This document shows positions 37,998-47,523 of a stretch of 64,000 bases of DNA, in pieces. Position 1 is the first letter of the stretch. Each line of letters starts with the position of its first letter. The DNA comes from Oceanispirochaeta sp. (GTDB taxonomy: Bacteria; Spirochaetota; Spirochaetia; DSM-2461). Position numbers and translations under genes: made by a program. Where the stretch lies: NCBI GenBank assembly GCA_963666275.2, contig CAXXOA010000002.1, forward strand, positions 928,001-992,000, in the 5' to 3' direction. A model generated the notes under the pieces. It had not been told where the DNA came from, searched no databases, and saw only the letters and a program-made list of their open reading frames with translations.

Positions 37998-39340
37998 CTT
38001 TCCTCCAGGGCATCTGACAGGTTTTCCGCATTAATCGCATATTGCAGGTCCTGCAGATTGTTGATGTAGTTGATTTTCTCTCTCAGTATATTCAGCGATG
38101 CCGACAGATAGGATTCCTGTGCGGTTTCCACATCCAGGAGTTCCCTGGTGCCCAGGTTGTAGGCTTCTGTGGTCAGTTCAAAGGACTTTCTGGCCAGTTC
38201 CTCATTCAGACCGTAGGTCTCGATGGTATTCCTGGAGTTTTCAAGGCTCATTACCAGGCTGGTTATCTCCATGGCCGCCTGATCGTAAAGAGCCTCTTTC
38301 TGAAGGAGGAGGCTTTCAATCTGGTCGTCAAAGGTTTTGAGGGTTACCGCTGTGGTCGAGCCGGGGATAAAACCGTCCAGGGGGATCCCTATCTGTACGC
38401 CCATGGTCAGGTTGTCGATCCAGGTGCCTTCTTTCCAATTCTCCGATTCCATGGGTTCGTCAACAGAGGTTCCCCAGTTGGAGTAAAGGGAGAGCGTGGG
38501 TGTTCTGTTGTACTCGGACTGGAGTTTCCTTGTGTTCCTTAAAGACTCAATCTGTTTATCCAGCCGGATCAGGTCCATCCTTCCCGCTGTGTAGGAATCG
38601 ATCAGCTCCTGTGCATCCAGGGAGTAATAGGTCAGGTCATTCAGATCGCCCTCCAGGGAGATCTCTGCATCCAGGGGAAGACCCAGCAGCAACTTCAGGC
38701 TCATCTTGCTGTTTTCATACTGGGTCAGCAGGTCGTTGAGGGCGGGTTTTTCATTCTCTACAGAGACCTGCGCCTGGAGCATGTCCAGTTCAGAGATCAG
38801 CCCGTTGCTGTAGTTTTCTCTCGCCTGGATGTAGCGTTTTTCCGCTACTTCGATATTGAACCTCTTCAGTTCTATATTGGATCCCATGGCAAGGAGGTTG
38901 TAGAAAAGTTTCCGCACATCCCGGCTCAGCTTTTTCACGGCATCCTCATATCCCAGCATACTTTCCTGGTAGTCTATGATCGTCTGCCGGATGCCAGTAG
39001 CTGCTGCCGCATTGAGCGGGAGGTTCAGACTGAGGCCGGCTTTCATATTCCAGGCAGGATCATACATGTCCGGATACAGGGGGTTGGGAGTAGGGTCGGA
39101 CAGTAGGGTTCTGCTGTGACCCAGATCAACTGAACCGTTGATCGAAGGGATAAAGACATTCCAGGCGGTGTCCCGGTCCCGCCTTTTTGTTTCTGTTTCA
39201 ATGGTTGTCATTTTCAGGTTCAGATTGCTTTCCACAGCCAGAGTCACTGCTTTCTCAACGGAGATATAATACTCTTCAGCCATGAGGGAAAAATTCAAAA
39301 GCAGAATGGACAGGGCAATGAAAAATACTGCGGGTTTCAT
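37994..39340 (-). CDS. TolC-family outer membrane efflux protein
   Basis: Signal peptide and two OEP repeats (YSNGLISELDMLQAQ; YNLGTRELLDVETAQ); first gene of the RND operon. Confidence 0.88.
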   Translation of the reverse strand: MKPAVFFIALSILLLNFSLMAEEYYISVEKAVTLAVESNLNLKMTTIETETKRRDRDTAWNVFIPSINGSVDLGHSRTLLSDPTPNPLYPDMYDPAWNMKAGLSLNLPLNAAAATGIRQTIIDYQESMLGYEDAVKKLSRDVRKLFYNLLAMGSNIELKRFNIEVAEKRYIQARENYSNGLISELDMLQAQVSVENEKPALNDLLTQYENSKMSLKLLLGLPLDAEISLEGDLNDLTYYSLDAQELIDSYTAGRMDLIRLDKQIESLRNTRKLQSEYNRTPTLSLYSNWGTSVDEPMESENWKEGTWIDNLTMGVQIGIPLDGFIPGSTTAVTLKTFDDQIESLLLQKEALYDQAAMEITSLVMSLENSRNTIETYGLNEELARKSFELTTEAYNLGTRELLDVETAQESYLSASLNILREKINYINNLQDLQYAINAENLSDALEER

Positions 39341-39601
39341 AGGCTCTTTACTCCTCGGTTGTTGTCGGATCGTATAGGGACCGGAAGCAGGAGAAGGGGT
39401 TGAACAGAAAAGCCTGTGCGGTTCTTCCCGCGAGCTTCCGGATATCGGATCACCGGTTTATCTTTTAGTTATAACATATTTTAAAAGAAAATCTGTCGGG
39501 AATCGGTGAATCTTTTTTACGGGAGCCCTGAGAGCGATTCCTCCAGACCTGCATCCGGAGGAAATAAGTTAAAAGGACTTGGGGTGCCGGAGGATTCCGG
39601 G

Positions 39602-40573
39602 TTAAGTAAGCTGTTCCTCAAAGAGAGAGAGTATTCTGTTTCTGGCCGTTTCCATAGGCATCTCCACGGAACATCCGGCGGCTTTTCTGTGGCCGCCGCC
39701 GCCCAGTTCCGCTGCGATTCTGCCCACATCCACATGGTTGTTAGAGCGTAAACCGATAATGCAGCGTTCGGGAGTCTCCATACGAAGAAGCGCAACGGCT
39801 TCACAGCCTTCAATACTCTGGAGGAGCTGATAGAGTTTGTCCGAATCCCTTTCATCGGTCCCCAGCTCTTCTCTGTCTTTCCCGTCTTCCCAGGACAGGA
39901 CAATTCTGCCGTTACAGTACAATCGGCTGCGTTCCAGGATGCGGCCCATCAGCCGCCGTGTGGCCAGCTGGCGCCCTCCGGACATCATTTTATAGGTCCT
40001 ATTGGGTGACGCCCCCTGTTTTACGAGGGTGGATACGGCCTGGAACACCTCCTGTGTGCTCTCTTCCAGATGCCTGAAAAAGCCTGTATCCGTGGAAAAA
40101 CCGAAGAAAAGGAGTTCCGCCGTTTCTTTATCCGGTTCGATCCCAGCGGCTTCCCATATCTTCAGCACCAGCAGGGTGGTGGAAGGACTGCGGGGATCGA
40201 CATAGCGGTATCTGCCTTCAGGCTTTCCCGAATCGTGATGGTCTATAACCATCAGGGGGTACTGGCGGATCTTCTCCAGGGAAAAACCGGTGCGCTCCGG
40301 GTCGGACAGGTCCAGCAGGACGAGGAGTGTTTTCCCGTCATTCTCATGGTTCCATTCCGCAGAAAACCGGTTCTCCAGATAAAGTGTCTCCGGGCGGGTA
40401 AATGGTTTCTGCGCTAGGAGGGTTACTTTTTTGTTCTGTTTTTCCAGGAAGGAAGCCAGACCCAGCATGGAACAGAGACAGTCCGCATCGGGCTGCTCAT
40501 GTCCCAGAAGTATAAAGTGTTCATACGAAGAGAACCCCTCCAGAAAATCGGAGGGGACGGGTGAGAATTTCAT
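39602..40573 (-). CDS. DHH/DHHA1 phosphoesterase (NrnA-like oligoribonuclease/pAp phosphatase)
   Basis: HEQPDAD, IDHH, TDTGFF and GGGGHRKAAG motifs. Confidence 0.9.
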   Translation of the reverse strand: MKFSPVPSDFLEGFSSYEHFILLGHEQPDADCLCSMLGLASFLEKQNKKVTLLAQKPFTRPETLYLENRFSAEWNHENDGKTLLVLLDLSDPERTGFSLEKIRQYPLMVIDHHDSGKPEGRYRYVDPRSPSTTLLVLKIWEAAGIEPDKETAELLFFGFSTDTGFFRHLEESTQEVFQAVSTLVKQGASPNRTYKMMSGGRQLATRRLMGRILERSRLYCNGRIVLSWEDGKDREELGTDERDSDKLYQLLQSIEGCEAVALLRMETPERCIIGLRSNNHVDVGRIAAELGGGGHRKAAGCSVEMPMETARNRILSLFEEQLT

Positions 40574-40587
40574 GAATGATCCTGATT

Positions 40588-40989
40588 TCAGTATTCTATG
40601 GTCAATTCACTGACACTGAACTGTTCTGTGTAGTCGTCTCCTCTGAGAACGCCCCAGCTCACATCATTGAAGTTGCTGACCAGATAGAGACGGAAATGAC
40701 TTATCTTGCCGTCTTTGTAGTAAAAGGTTGCATAAGGATACTGAGCCCCTTCTCCGTAGACAATCTCGGCATAGCCGGCGGCTTTTTTAAACCATTCATT
40801 GGGAGCATAAAATGTTCCCACCGTTCTGTTCGCCTTGATATAGTCAACGCGGTAACCCAGTTCGTGGGGGTATACCCGGTTAATTGCCATCGTCTTGGGG
40901 TAGTATTCGGATGAGGTAACTTCCGCAAACAGGAAAGTTCCGCATAATATTGTTAAAAGAACTGTCAGCACAGCTGCTCTTTTTTTCAT
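40588..40989 (-). CDS. Hypothetical exported protein
   Basis: Signal peptide MKKRAAVLTVLLTILCGTFLFA; AGGAGG RBS. Confidence 0.72.
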   Translation of the reverse strand: MKKRAAVLTVLLTILCGTFLFAEVTSSEYYPKTMAINRVYPHELGYRVDYIKANRTVGTFYAPNEWFKKAAGYAEIVYGEGAQYPYATFYYKDGKISHFRLYLVSNFNDVSWGVLRGDDYTEQFSVSELTIEY

Positions 40990-41091
40990 GGACACAGGCC
41001 TCCTTAAATTCCAGTAGCTCTATTCCATTTATAATAGATAATTACCTTTATGGCAATGAAGTTTTTATTTCCCTTTCAGATATCCGGCGAT

Positions 41092-43548
41092 TTACCCTTC
41101 CCGGGGGAAGGAACCTTCGGGGAAGAGAAAGCCCAGAGCCTCTTTGACGGACCCGCTGAAAAAGAACTCCAGATCATCCTGGATTTCAGGGGGGAGATCT
41201 TCCTTGTCCTGTCTGTTCCGTTCGGGAAGGAGTATTTTACGGCAGCCGTTTCTATGGGCCGCCAGTACTTTTTCTTTGACGCCGCCGATGGGAAGGAGGC
41301 GGTCGGTCAGGGTTATTTCCCCTGTCATGGCCACATCATTGACCAGGGGGGTCTTTCTAATGGCCGAGACAATCGCCGCGGTCATGGTGATCCCCGCTGA
41401 AGGACCGTCTTTGGGAATCGCCCCTTCGGGTACATGGATATGGATATCCTGCTCTTTCTGGAAATCTGCAGGAACATCAAGCTCCTCGTAGTTGGCTCTG
41501 ATGTAGGACAGGGCTATCTGGGCGCTCTCTTTCATCACGTCTCCCAGTTTTCCCGTGAGGATCAGCTTGCCGCTTCCTTTGAGAAGGGATACCTCTACAG
41601 GCAGAATCCTGCCTCCCAGTTCCGTCCAGGCCATACCCGTGGCCAGTCCGGGACGGTTTCTCCGGTCATTGTCTTCATCCTGAAAAGGAGGTTTGCCCAG
41701 GTAGCGGATCACATCGTCTCCGGATACAGTCATTCTGAGACCGGTAAAATCCGGAAGTTCCGGTTCTTTTTCAGGGATCGTTCCAAAGAGCTCCTGGTGG
41801 CTGTGAATCCGGGCTGTATGGATGTTGTCCCGGCCGGACCTGTTCTGATGCTTTTCAATGGCTTCTCTGGCTATTTTACGGATAACCTGTCCGATCTCCC
41901 TTTCCAGATTCCTGACTCCCGACTCTCTTGTGAAATAACGGATGACGGTTATGATGGCATCATCGGTCAGATCAATCCGGCTGATATCCATGCCGTTCTC
42001 TTTGAGCTGCTTGGGAATGATAAAGCCCCGGGCTATGCGGACCTTTTCGATTTCCGTGTATCCGGGGATCTCGATAATCTCCATTCTGTCCAGAAGAGGC
42101 CGGGGGATATTGTGAACCGAGTTGGCCGTGGTAATAAACATAACCCGGGACAGGTCGAAAGAGAGTTCCAGGTAGTGGTCTGTGAATGTGCCGTTCTGCT
42201 CCGGATCGAGAACTTCCAGAAGAGCCGCCGAGGGGTCTCCCCTGTAGTCGTTGCTCATCTTGTCAATCTCATCCAGAAGGAAAACAGGATTGCAGGTACC
42301 GGCTTTTTTCAGGGACTGTATGATTTTTCCCGGCAGGGCTCCCACATAGGTTTTCCGGTGGCCCCGTATTTCCGCTTCGTCCCGGACGCCGCCCAGGGAT
42401 ATCCGTATGAACTCCCGGTTCAGAGCTCTCGCCACAGAGCGTCCCAGAGAGGTCTTTCCTGTTCCCGGAGGGCCCACAAAGCAGAGGATCGGGCCTTTCA
42501 GCTTCTCTCTGACCTGACGGATGGCTATATAGTCCAGAATGCGGTCCTTGGCTTTTTTAAGATCGTAGTGATCTTCGTTCAGCACCCGGGCCGCCCGGAC
42601 GAGGTTCATTTTGTCGTTGGATTCTTCCTTCCAGGGGAGCTCCAGAAGCCACTCCACATAGGTTCTCAGGACTCCCGATTCGGGAGACATGGGCTGGAGT
42701 CTGGAGAGGCGTTTCACCTCTTTGAGAGCTCTTTCCTCCACTTCCCGGGGCAGGTCTTTCTCCTGGATCAGTGCTTCCAGTTCCGCTACGCCCGAGGGAT
42801 CTTCATCCTCCCGGCCCAGCTCTTTGTTTATCTCTTTGAGCTGTTCGTTCAGGAAGTACTCTTTCTGGGTCTTTTCCATTTTTTTCCGGACCCTTCCGGA
42901 GATATTCTGTTTCAGGTTGAGTTTTTCAATTTCCATCTGAATCAGCTCTATCAGCTGGTTCAGTTTTTCTTTTGTATCGTCCAGTTCTAGAAGGCGGATT
43001 TTTTCCTCTGTAGAGATTGTCAGCTGGGATGCTATGATGCCGCAGAGTTTTTCCGGTGTCTGAGCCTGATCCGCCTGATTCCGGATTTCCCGGGTGATCT
43101 TTTTGTTTTTGGCGGAAAAGTCTTTGAAACTCTCCTGCAGGGTTTCCATGGTGACTGCCATTTCTCTGCCCACTTCCCTCTTGTCGGGAAGGGGTTTGTA
43201 CTGGAGCATAAGGATCCCGTTTTTTCTTGTGAGTCGCTGTACCAGTCCCCGGGATCTGCCTTCTACCAGGATCCGTGAGTTCCCGTCGGGGAGTTTGAGA
43301 ACCTGCAGAATGTGGGCTACTGTTCCGTAATTGTAAAGCTGTTTTTTTGTCAGGGCTGATTCTGTAGACTCTTTCTGAAAAGCAAGGAAAATATCCCGTT
43401 TGCCCTTCATGGCCAGGTCTATGGCCGCGACTGAAATCTTGTCGGTAAGAAAAAAAGGTGCCACCGTATACGGAAATATAACCGTATCCGGCAGCACTAT
43501 TACGGGCAGTTCCTGCTTTCTTTTAAGCTGTGATCTGTTTATTTTCAT
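41092..43548 (-). CDS. lon: ATP-dependent protease La
   Basis: Lon N domain, [22 protein letters not shown] (Ser) and GGVKEK (Lys). Start is 43548 or 43557 and overlaps the clpX end. Confidence 0.96.
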   Translation of the reverse strand: MKINRSQLKRKQELPVIVLPDTVIFPYTVAPFFLTDKISVAAIDLAMKGKRDIFLAFQKESTESALTKKQLYNYGTVAHILQVLKLPDGNSRILVEGRSRGLVQRLTRKNGILMLQYKPLPDKREVGREMAVTMETLQESFKDFSAKNKKITREIRNQADQAQTPEKLCGIIASQLTISTEEKIRLLELDDTKEKLNQLIELIQMEIEKLNLKQNISGRVRKKMEKTQKEYFLNEQLKEINKELGREDEDPSGVAELEALIQEKDLPREVEERALKEVKRLSRLQPMSPESGVLRTYVEWLLELPWKEESNDKMNLVRAARVLNEDHYDLKKAKDRILDYIAIRQVREKLKGPILCFVGPPGTGKTSLGRSVARALNREFIRISLGGVRDEAEIRGHRKTYVGALPGKIIQSLKKAGTCNPVFLLDEIDKMSNDYRGDPSAALLEVLDPEQNGTFTDHYLELSFDLSRVMFITTANSVHNIPRPLLDRMEIIEIPGYTEIEKVRIARGFIIPKQLKENGMDISRIDLTDDAIITVIRYFTRESGVRNLEREIGQVIRKIAREAIEKHQNRSGRDNIHTARIHSHQELFGTIPEKEPELPDFTGLRMTVSGDDVIRYLGKPPFQDEDNDRRNRPGLATGMAWTELGGRILPVEVSLLKGSGKLILTGKLGDVMKESAQIALSYIRANYEELDVPADFQKEQDIHIHVPEGAIPKDGPSAGITMTAAIVSAIRKTPLVNDVAMTGEITLTDRLLPIGGVKEKVLAAHRNGCRKILLPERNRQDKEDLPPEIQDDLEFFFSGSVKEALGFLFPEGSFPREG

Positions 43549-44818
43549 AAAGAGCATTTTCCCATGGGGCTTCCAGTTTGTCCGGATCTGTAATAACTAC
43601 CGGCAAGCTGTCATTTATAATCACATCTTTTGTGATAATGACTTTTTTGGGCCCCTTGGTTGAAGGAAGATCATACATGATGTCGATCATTGCTGTCTCG
43701 ACAATAGAGCGGATACCCCTGGCTCCGGTTTTTCTTTCCAGAGCTTTCTCGGCAATCGCTTCGATGGCTGCCTCTTCAAATGCCAGATTGACATCGTCCA
43801 GTTTAAGAGACTCCTGGAACTGACGTATAACCGAGTTTTTAGGTTCGGTAATGATCTTCTGTAGATCTTCCTTGTTCAGATTGTTCAGGCTGACCTGAAT
43901 CGGCAGACGTCCGATGAATTCAGGAATAAGACCGAATTTTACAAGGTCATCGGGATGCATCTGATTGAACAGTTCTCCCAGATCTTTTTCATGGGACTGC
44001 TGAACATTCGCACCGAATCCCATAGGATGCTGGGTGACTCTGTTCTCAATGATTTTATCCAGTCCGACAAAAGCACCGCCGCAGATGATCAGAATATTGG
44101 ATGTATTGATCTTGAGCATTTCCTGACTGGGATGTTTTCTCCCGCCCTGGGGAGGCACAGACGCTTCGGTACCTTCAATGATTTTCAGAAGGGCCTGCTG
44201 TACTCCTTCACCCGAGACGTCTCTGGTGATGGAAACATTTTCGCCTTTCCGCGAAATCTTGTCGATTTCGTCAATGTAGATTATACCTCTTTCAGCAGCG
44301 GCAATGTTATTTCCTGAAGCCTGAATGAGTTTCAGGAGGATATTTTCCACGTCTTCACCGACATACCCGGCTTCTGTCAGAGTCGTTGCATCGGCAATGG
44401 CAAAGGGAACTTTCAATTTCTTGGCCAGAGTTCTGGCAAGGAGAGTCTTTCCTGTTCCGGTCGGGCCGATGAGAAGAACATTGGTTTTTTCAAGTTCCAC
44501 ATCTTTTGAGACTCTGTCTTTGTACATGATTCTTTTGTAGTGGTTGTAAACACCCACAGAAAGGGTCTTTTTGGCAAGGTCCTGTCCGATCACATACTGG
44601 TCAAGGTACTCTTTGATCTCTTTGGGGGTCGGAATTTCATCTATGAAATCAGAAGAGATGCTGTCCTCTTCCTCTGCCATGATTTTATTACATACCTGAA
44701 CGCATTCGTCGCAGATGTAGACGCCTGGTCCGGCAATAAGTTTCTTTGCAATATCAGAGTGTTTTCCGCAAAAGGAGCAGACTTTTAACTCTTTGTTCGA
44801 TTTTGTTGATCTAGCCAT
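43523..44818 (-). CDS. clpX: ATP-dependent Clp protease ATP-binding subunit
   Basis: CSFCGK...ICDECV zinc finger, [18 protein letters not shown] and MGF loop. Confidence 0.97.
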   Translation of the reverse strand: MARSTKSNKELKVCSFCGKHSDIAKKLIAGPGVYICDECVQVCNKIMAEEEDSISSDFIDEIPTPKEIKEYLDQYVIGQDLAKKTLSVGVYNHYKRIMYKDRVSKDVELEKTNVLLIGPTGTGKTLLARTLAKKLKVPFAIADATTLTEAGYVGEDVENILLKLIQASGNNIAAAERGIIYIDEIDKISRKGENVSITRDVSGEGVQQALLKIIEGTEASVPPQGGRKHPSQEMLKINTSNILIICGGAFVGLDKIIENRVTQHPMGFGANVQQSHEKDLGELFNQMHPDDLVKFGLIPEFIGRLPIQVSLNNLNKEDLQKIITEPKNSVIRQFQESLKLDDVNLAFEEAAIEAIAEKALERKTGARGIRSIVETAMIDIMYDLPSTKGPKKVIITKDVIINDSLPVVITDPDKLEAPWENALYENKQITA

Positions 44819-44827
44819 ATATATAAA

Positions 44828-45421
44828 TTACCTCTTAAGGATACTGTCTGTGATACCGTAGCTCACAGCCTCTTCAGCAGACATGAAAAAGTCCCTTTCC
44901 ATATCCTCTGCGATCTGTTCTTCCGTTTTGCCTGTATTCTGGGCAAAATAGGTGATAAGAAGTTTTTTCAGACGGATGATTTCCCGTGCCTGAATGCCTA
45001 TATCCCGGGCCTGGCCCTTCACTCCGCCCCAGGGCTGATGAATCATAACTCTGGAAGAGGGGAGGCTGAACCGTTTGCCTCTGGCGCCACCGGCCAGCAG
45101 TACGGCTCCCATGGATGCGGCCTGTCCCATGCAGATGGTCTGAACGTCGGGTTTGATATGCTGCATGGTGTCATATATGGCCAGTCCGGCAGTTACGGAA
45201 CCGCCGGGACTGTTTATGTACAGGTTAATGTCTTTTTCAGGATCTTCCGATTCCAGAAAAAGAAGCTGAGCCACAACCAGATCCGCCGTTACATCCTGAA
45301 TTTCACCATCAAGAAAAACTATCCTGTCCTTTAAAAGGCGGGAGTAGATGTCATAAGACCGTTCGCCCACACCTGTTCTTTCTACAACCATGGGAACTAA
45401 AGTATTATTCTGAATGTCCAT
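44828..45421 (-). CDS. clpP: ATP-dependent Clp protease proteolytic subunit
   Basis: [23 protein letters not shown] and MIHQP motifs. Confidence 0.97.
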   Translation of the reverse strand: MDIQNNTLVPMVVERTGVGERSYDIYSRLLKDRIVFLDGEIQDVTADLVVAQLLFLESEDPEKDINLYINSPGGSVTAGLAIYDTMQHIKPDVQTICMGQAASMGAVLLAGGARGKRFSLPSSRVMIHQPWGGVKGQARDIGIQAREIIRLKKLLITYFAQNTGKTEEQIAEDMERDFFMSAEEAVSYGITDSILKR

Positions 45422-45444
45422 ATCGGCAGACCTCGTTATTAAGC

Positions 45445-46788
45445 TTATTTCATTAAGTCGGAATAATCGACTTTCTCAGCATCCTTGGATACTTTGGCGT
45501 TCTCAAGCAGGAAGTCAATCAGTTTCTTCTGCTTCAGATCACTACTAAGATACTCTTTTAAGCCGGCTTCGCCAAATGATTTTTTCAGATCTTCCACAGG
45601 CATATTGTACATTTCAGCCTGTTTTGCGATCTCTTCTTCCATTTCCTCGTCGCTGACTTCGATCTTTTCGTCTTCGATAATTTTGTTGAAAATCAGCTGG
45701 GTTTTCAAGCTCTTTTCAGCATTTTCTTTCCAGCTTTCCAGGAACTGATCCTTGCTCTGTCCCTGAATTTCAAGGAACTGAAGCATCTGATCTTCGGGCA
45801 TCTGAGACTGCTGGAGGAAGTTTCTCCAGTTGTTTTCCAGTTCCGCTTTGATCATGGAGGCGGGCAGAGTTATATCGCTGGATTCAACCAGTTTGTCCAC
45901 CAGCTGTTCAATCTTTTCAGATTTGATTTTTTCTTCAGCAGACTGTTTCAGTCTGTCTTTGATATCTTTTCTCAGATCATCAAGGGTTTCGAACTTTTCG
46001 TTCACATCCTGTGCCAGTTCATCATCCAGCTCGGGAAGCTGTTTTTCTTTTACGGCTTTTACAGTGACTTTCAGAGAGACATTCCGTCCGGCCAGTTCGG
46101 AGTTTTCAAAATCATCCTTGTACCGTTTCCGGATAATCTTCTCTTCGCCTTTTTTCATGTCAACGATCTGTTTGTCGATCTTGTAGTAGTTGTTTCCGGA
46201 TCCTACAGTGAAGACAAAATCTTCCCTTTTGGTTCCTTCCACTTCATCCTTGCCTTCCATCTCAACATAGTCAATGGTGACAATATCTTTATCAGCAACA
46301 GTTTCATCGGCTTTGTCCATGACAACAGAATTCTGTTCCTGAATCTTTTCAAGCTCTTCATTTTCATGCTTTTTCAGGATTTTAACCTGTTTCTCGGTTA
46401 TCTCCAGGCCTTTGTATTCTCCGAATTTCACTTCAGGGAATGTGTCGTAAACAAGCTCGAATGAGAACTCTTTTTCAGGGTCCAGCTCAGGTTTTCCCTG
46501 AACTTCGGGGTAGTCGTATCCAAGAGGTTTCTCTTCAACCTCTTCAATAACTGCTTTCAGGGCTTTATCCATGAGATTAGCAGCCGCTTCTTCCCTGATC
46601 CCCTCTCCGAATTTTCTTTCAAGAACAGATGCGGGAACCTTTCCTTTTCTGAATCCTTTAATCTGTACTTCTTTGGAGTATTTGCTCAGAAGATCTTTGT
46701 ACTCTTTGGCTGCGTGTTCTTGTCCTACCGTGATAGAAAGCTTCACAGCAGAGTTTTCCAATTTCTCGACATTTTTACTGGTAATCAC
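45445..46788 (-). CDS. tig: Trigger factor
   Basis: GFRKGKVP signature, FKBP-like domain and LPELDDE. GTG start at 46788 with GAGGA RBS. Confidence 0.95.
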   Translation of the reverse strand: MITSKNVEKLENSAVKLSITVGQEHAAKEYKDLLSKYSKEVQIKGFRKGKVPASVLERKFGEGIREEAAANLMDKALKAVIEEVEEKPLGYDYPEVQGKPELDPEKEFSFELVYDTFPEVKFGEYKGLEITEKQVKILKKHENEELEKIQEQNSVVMDKADETVADKDIVTIDYVEMEGKDEVEGTKREDFVFTVGSGNNYYKIDKQIVDMKKGEEKIIRKRYKDDFENSELAGRNVSLKVTVKAVKEKQLPELDDELAQDVNEKFETLDDLRKDIKDRLKQSAEEKIKSEKIEQLVDKLVESSDITLPASMIKAELENNWRNFLQQSQMPEDQMLQFLEIQGQSKDQFLESWKENAEKSLKTQLIFNKIIEDEKIEVSDEEMEEEIAKQAEMYNMPVEDLKKSFGEAGLKEYLSSDLKQKKLIDFLLENAKVSKDAEKVDYSDLMK

Positions 46789-46822
46789 AGCTACGTCCTC
46801 GTTAATGGGTTTGTCGGTATAT

Positions 46823-46858
46823 AAAAAAAGACGACCCGGATAACACCCAGATCGCCTT
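46823..46858 (-). terminator. Intrinsic terminator just upstream of tig
   Basis: Minus strand GGCGATCTGG-loop-CCGGGTCGTC followed by a U7 tract. Confidence 0.65.
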
Positions 46859-46871
46859 CCACCTTCCGTTG

Positions 46872-46886
46872 AGCGAAAGACGGGAC
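46872..46886 (-). repeat. 15-bp direct repeat of the tRNA-Gly 3' end
   Basis: AGCGAAAGACGGGAC occurs at 46872-46886 and at 47024-47038. Confidence 0.8.
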
Positions 46887-47023
46887 AGAAAAGTCCCGGC
46901 TTCCTGCCGGAAATGCCCGGCTTATTATATTGTAAGAACAAGGACAGAGGCGCCGTGTCCTTCGAGTTTGTCCCGGGGACTTCACTCTTTGCTGAACTTT
47001 GGCATTGCCCTGCTCTTTATTTA

Positions 47024-47095
47024 AGCGAAAGACGGGACTTGAACCCGCGACATCCACCTTGGCAAGGTGGAGCTCTACCACTGAGCTACTTTCGC
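47024..47095 (-). tRNA. tRNA-Gly (GCC)
   Basis: Cloverleaf: GCGAAAG/CTTTCGC acceptor, CCACC-TT-GCC-AA-GGTGG anticodon arm, GGTTCAAGT T loop. CCA not encoded. Confidence 0.96.
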
Positions 47096-47124
47096 AAACA
47101 GTAAAAAAGTGCCTCTGACACTTT

Positions 47125-47205
47125 TGCGAGAGAAGGGACTCGAACCCTTACACCGAAGGCACTAGTTCCTAAGACTAGCGTGTCTACCAATTCCACCACT
47201 CTCGC
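47125..47205 (-). tRNA. tRNA-Leu (TAG)
   Basis: GCGAGAG/CTCTCGC acceptor, CTAGT-CT-TAG-GA-ACTAG anticodon arm, extended variable arm. Confidence 0.95.
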
Positions 47206-47209
47206 AGTC

Positions 47210-47282
47210 TGAGCCGTAAAGGGTTCGAACCTTTGACCCGCAGATTAAGAGTCTGCTGCTCTACCAACTGAGCTAACGGCCC
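47210..47282 (-). tRNA. tRNA-Lys (CTT)
   Basis: GGGCCGT/ACGGCTC acceptor, GCAGA-CT-CTT-AA-TCTGC anticodon arm. Confidence 0.95.
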
Positions 47283-47288
47283 TGATTG

Positions 47289-47362
<74 letters not shown>

Positions 47363-47373
47363 AACTAAAGGAG

Positions 47374-47447
47374 GGTGAATGACGGGACTCGAACCCGCGA
47401 CAACCAGAACCACAATCTGGCGCTCTACCAACTGAACTACATTCACC
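47374..47447 (-). tRNA. tRNA-His (GTG)
   Basis: Encoded G-1, GTGAATG/CATTCAC acceptor, CCAGA-TT-GTG-GT-TCTGG anticodon arm. Confidence 0.95.
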
Positions 47448-47523
47448 ATATTTTTAAGAACGAGACGTATAATCATATAAAAGGAGGGTTTTGTCAATAT
47501 AATTTGAATGACTTTTTATAAAA

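Noticed and set aside
41434..42990. 518-aa plus-strand ORF
   Set aside because: It lies wholly antisense to lon and has no motifs; a shadow ORF from codon bias.
46872..46945. Sixth tRNA or tRNA pseudogene
   Set aside because: Only the 3' 15 nt match; no acceptor 5' strand, D arm or anticodon arm can be built.
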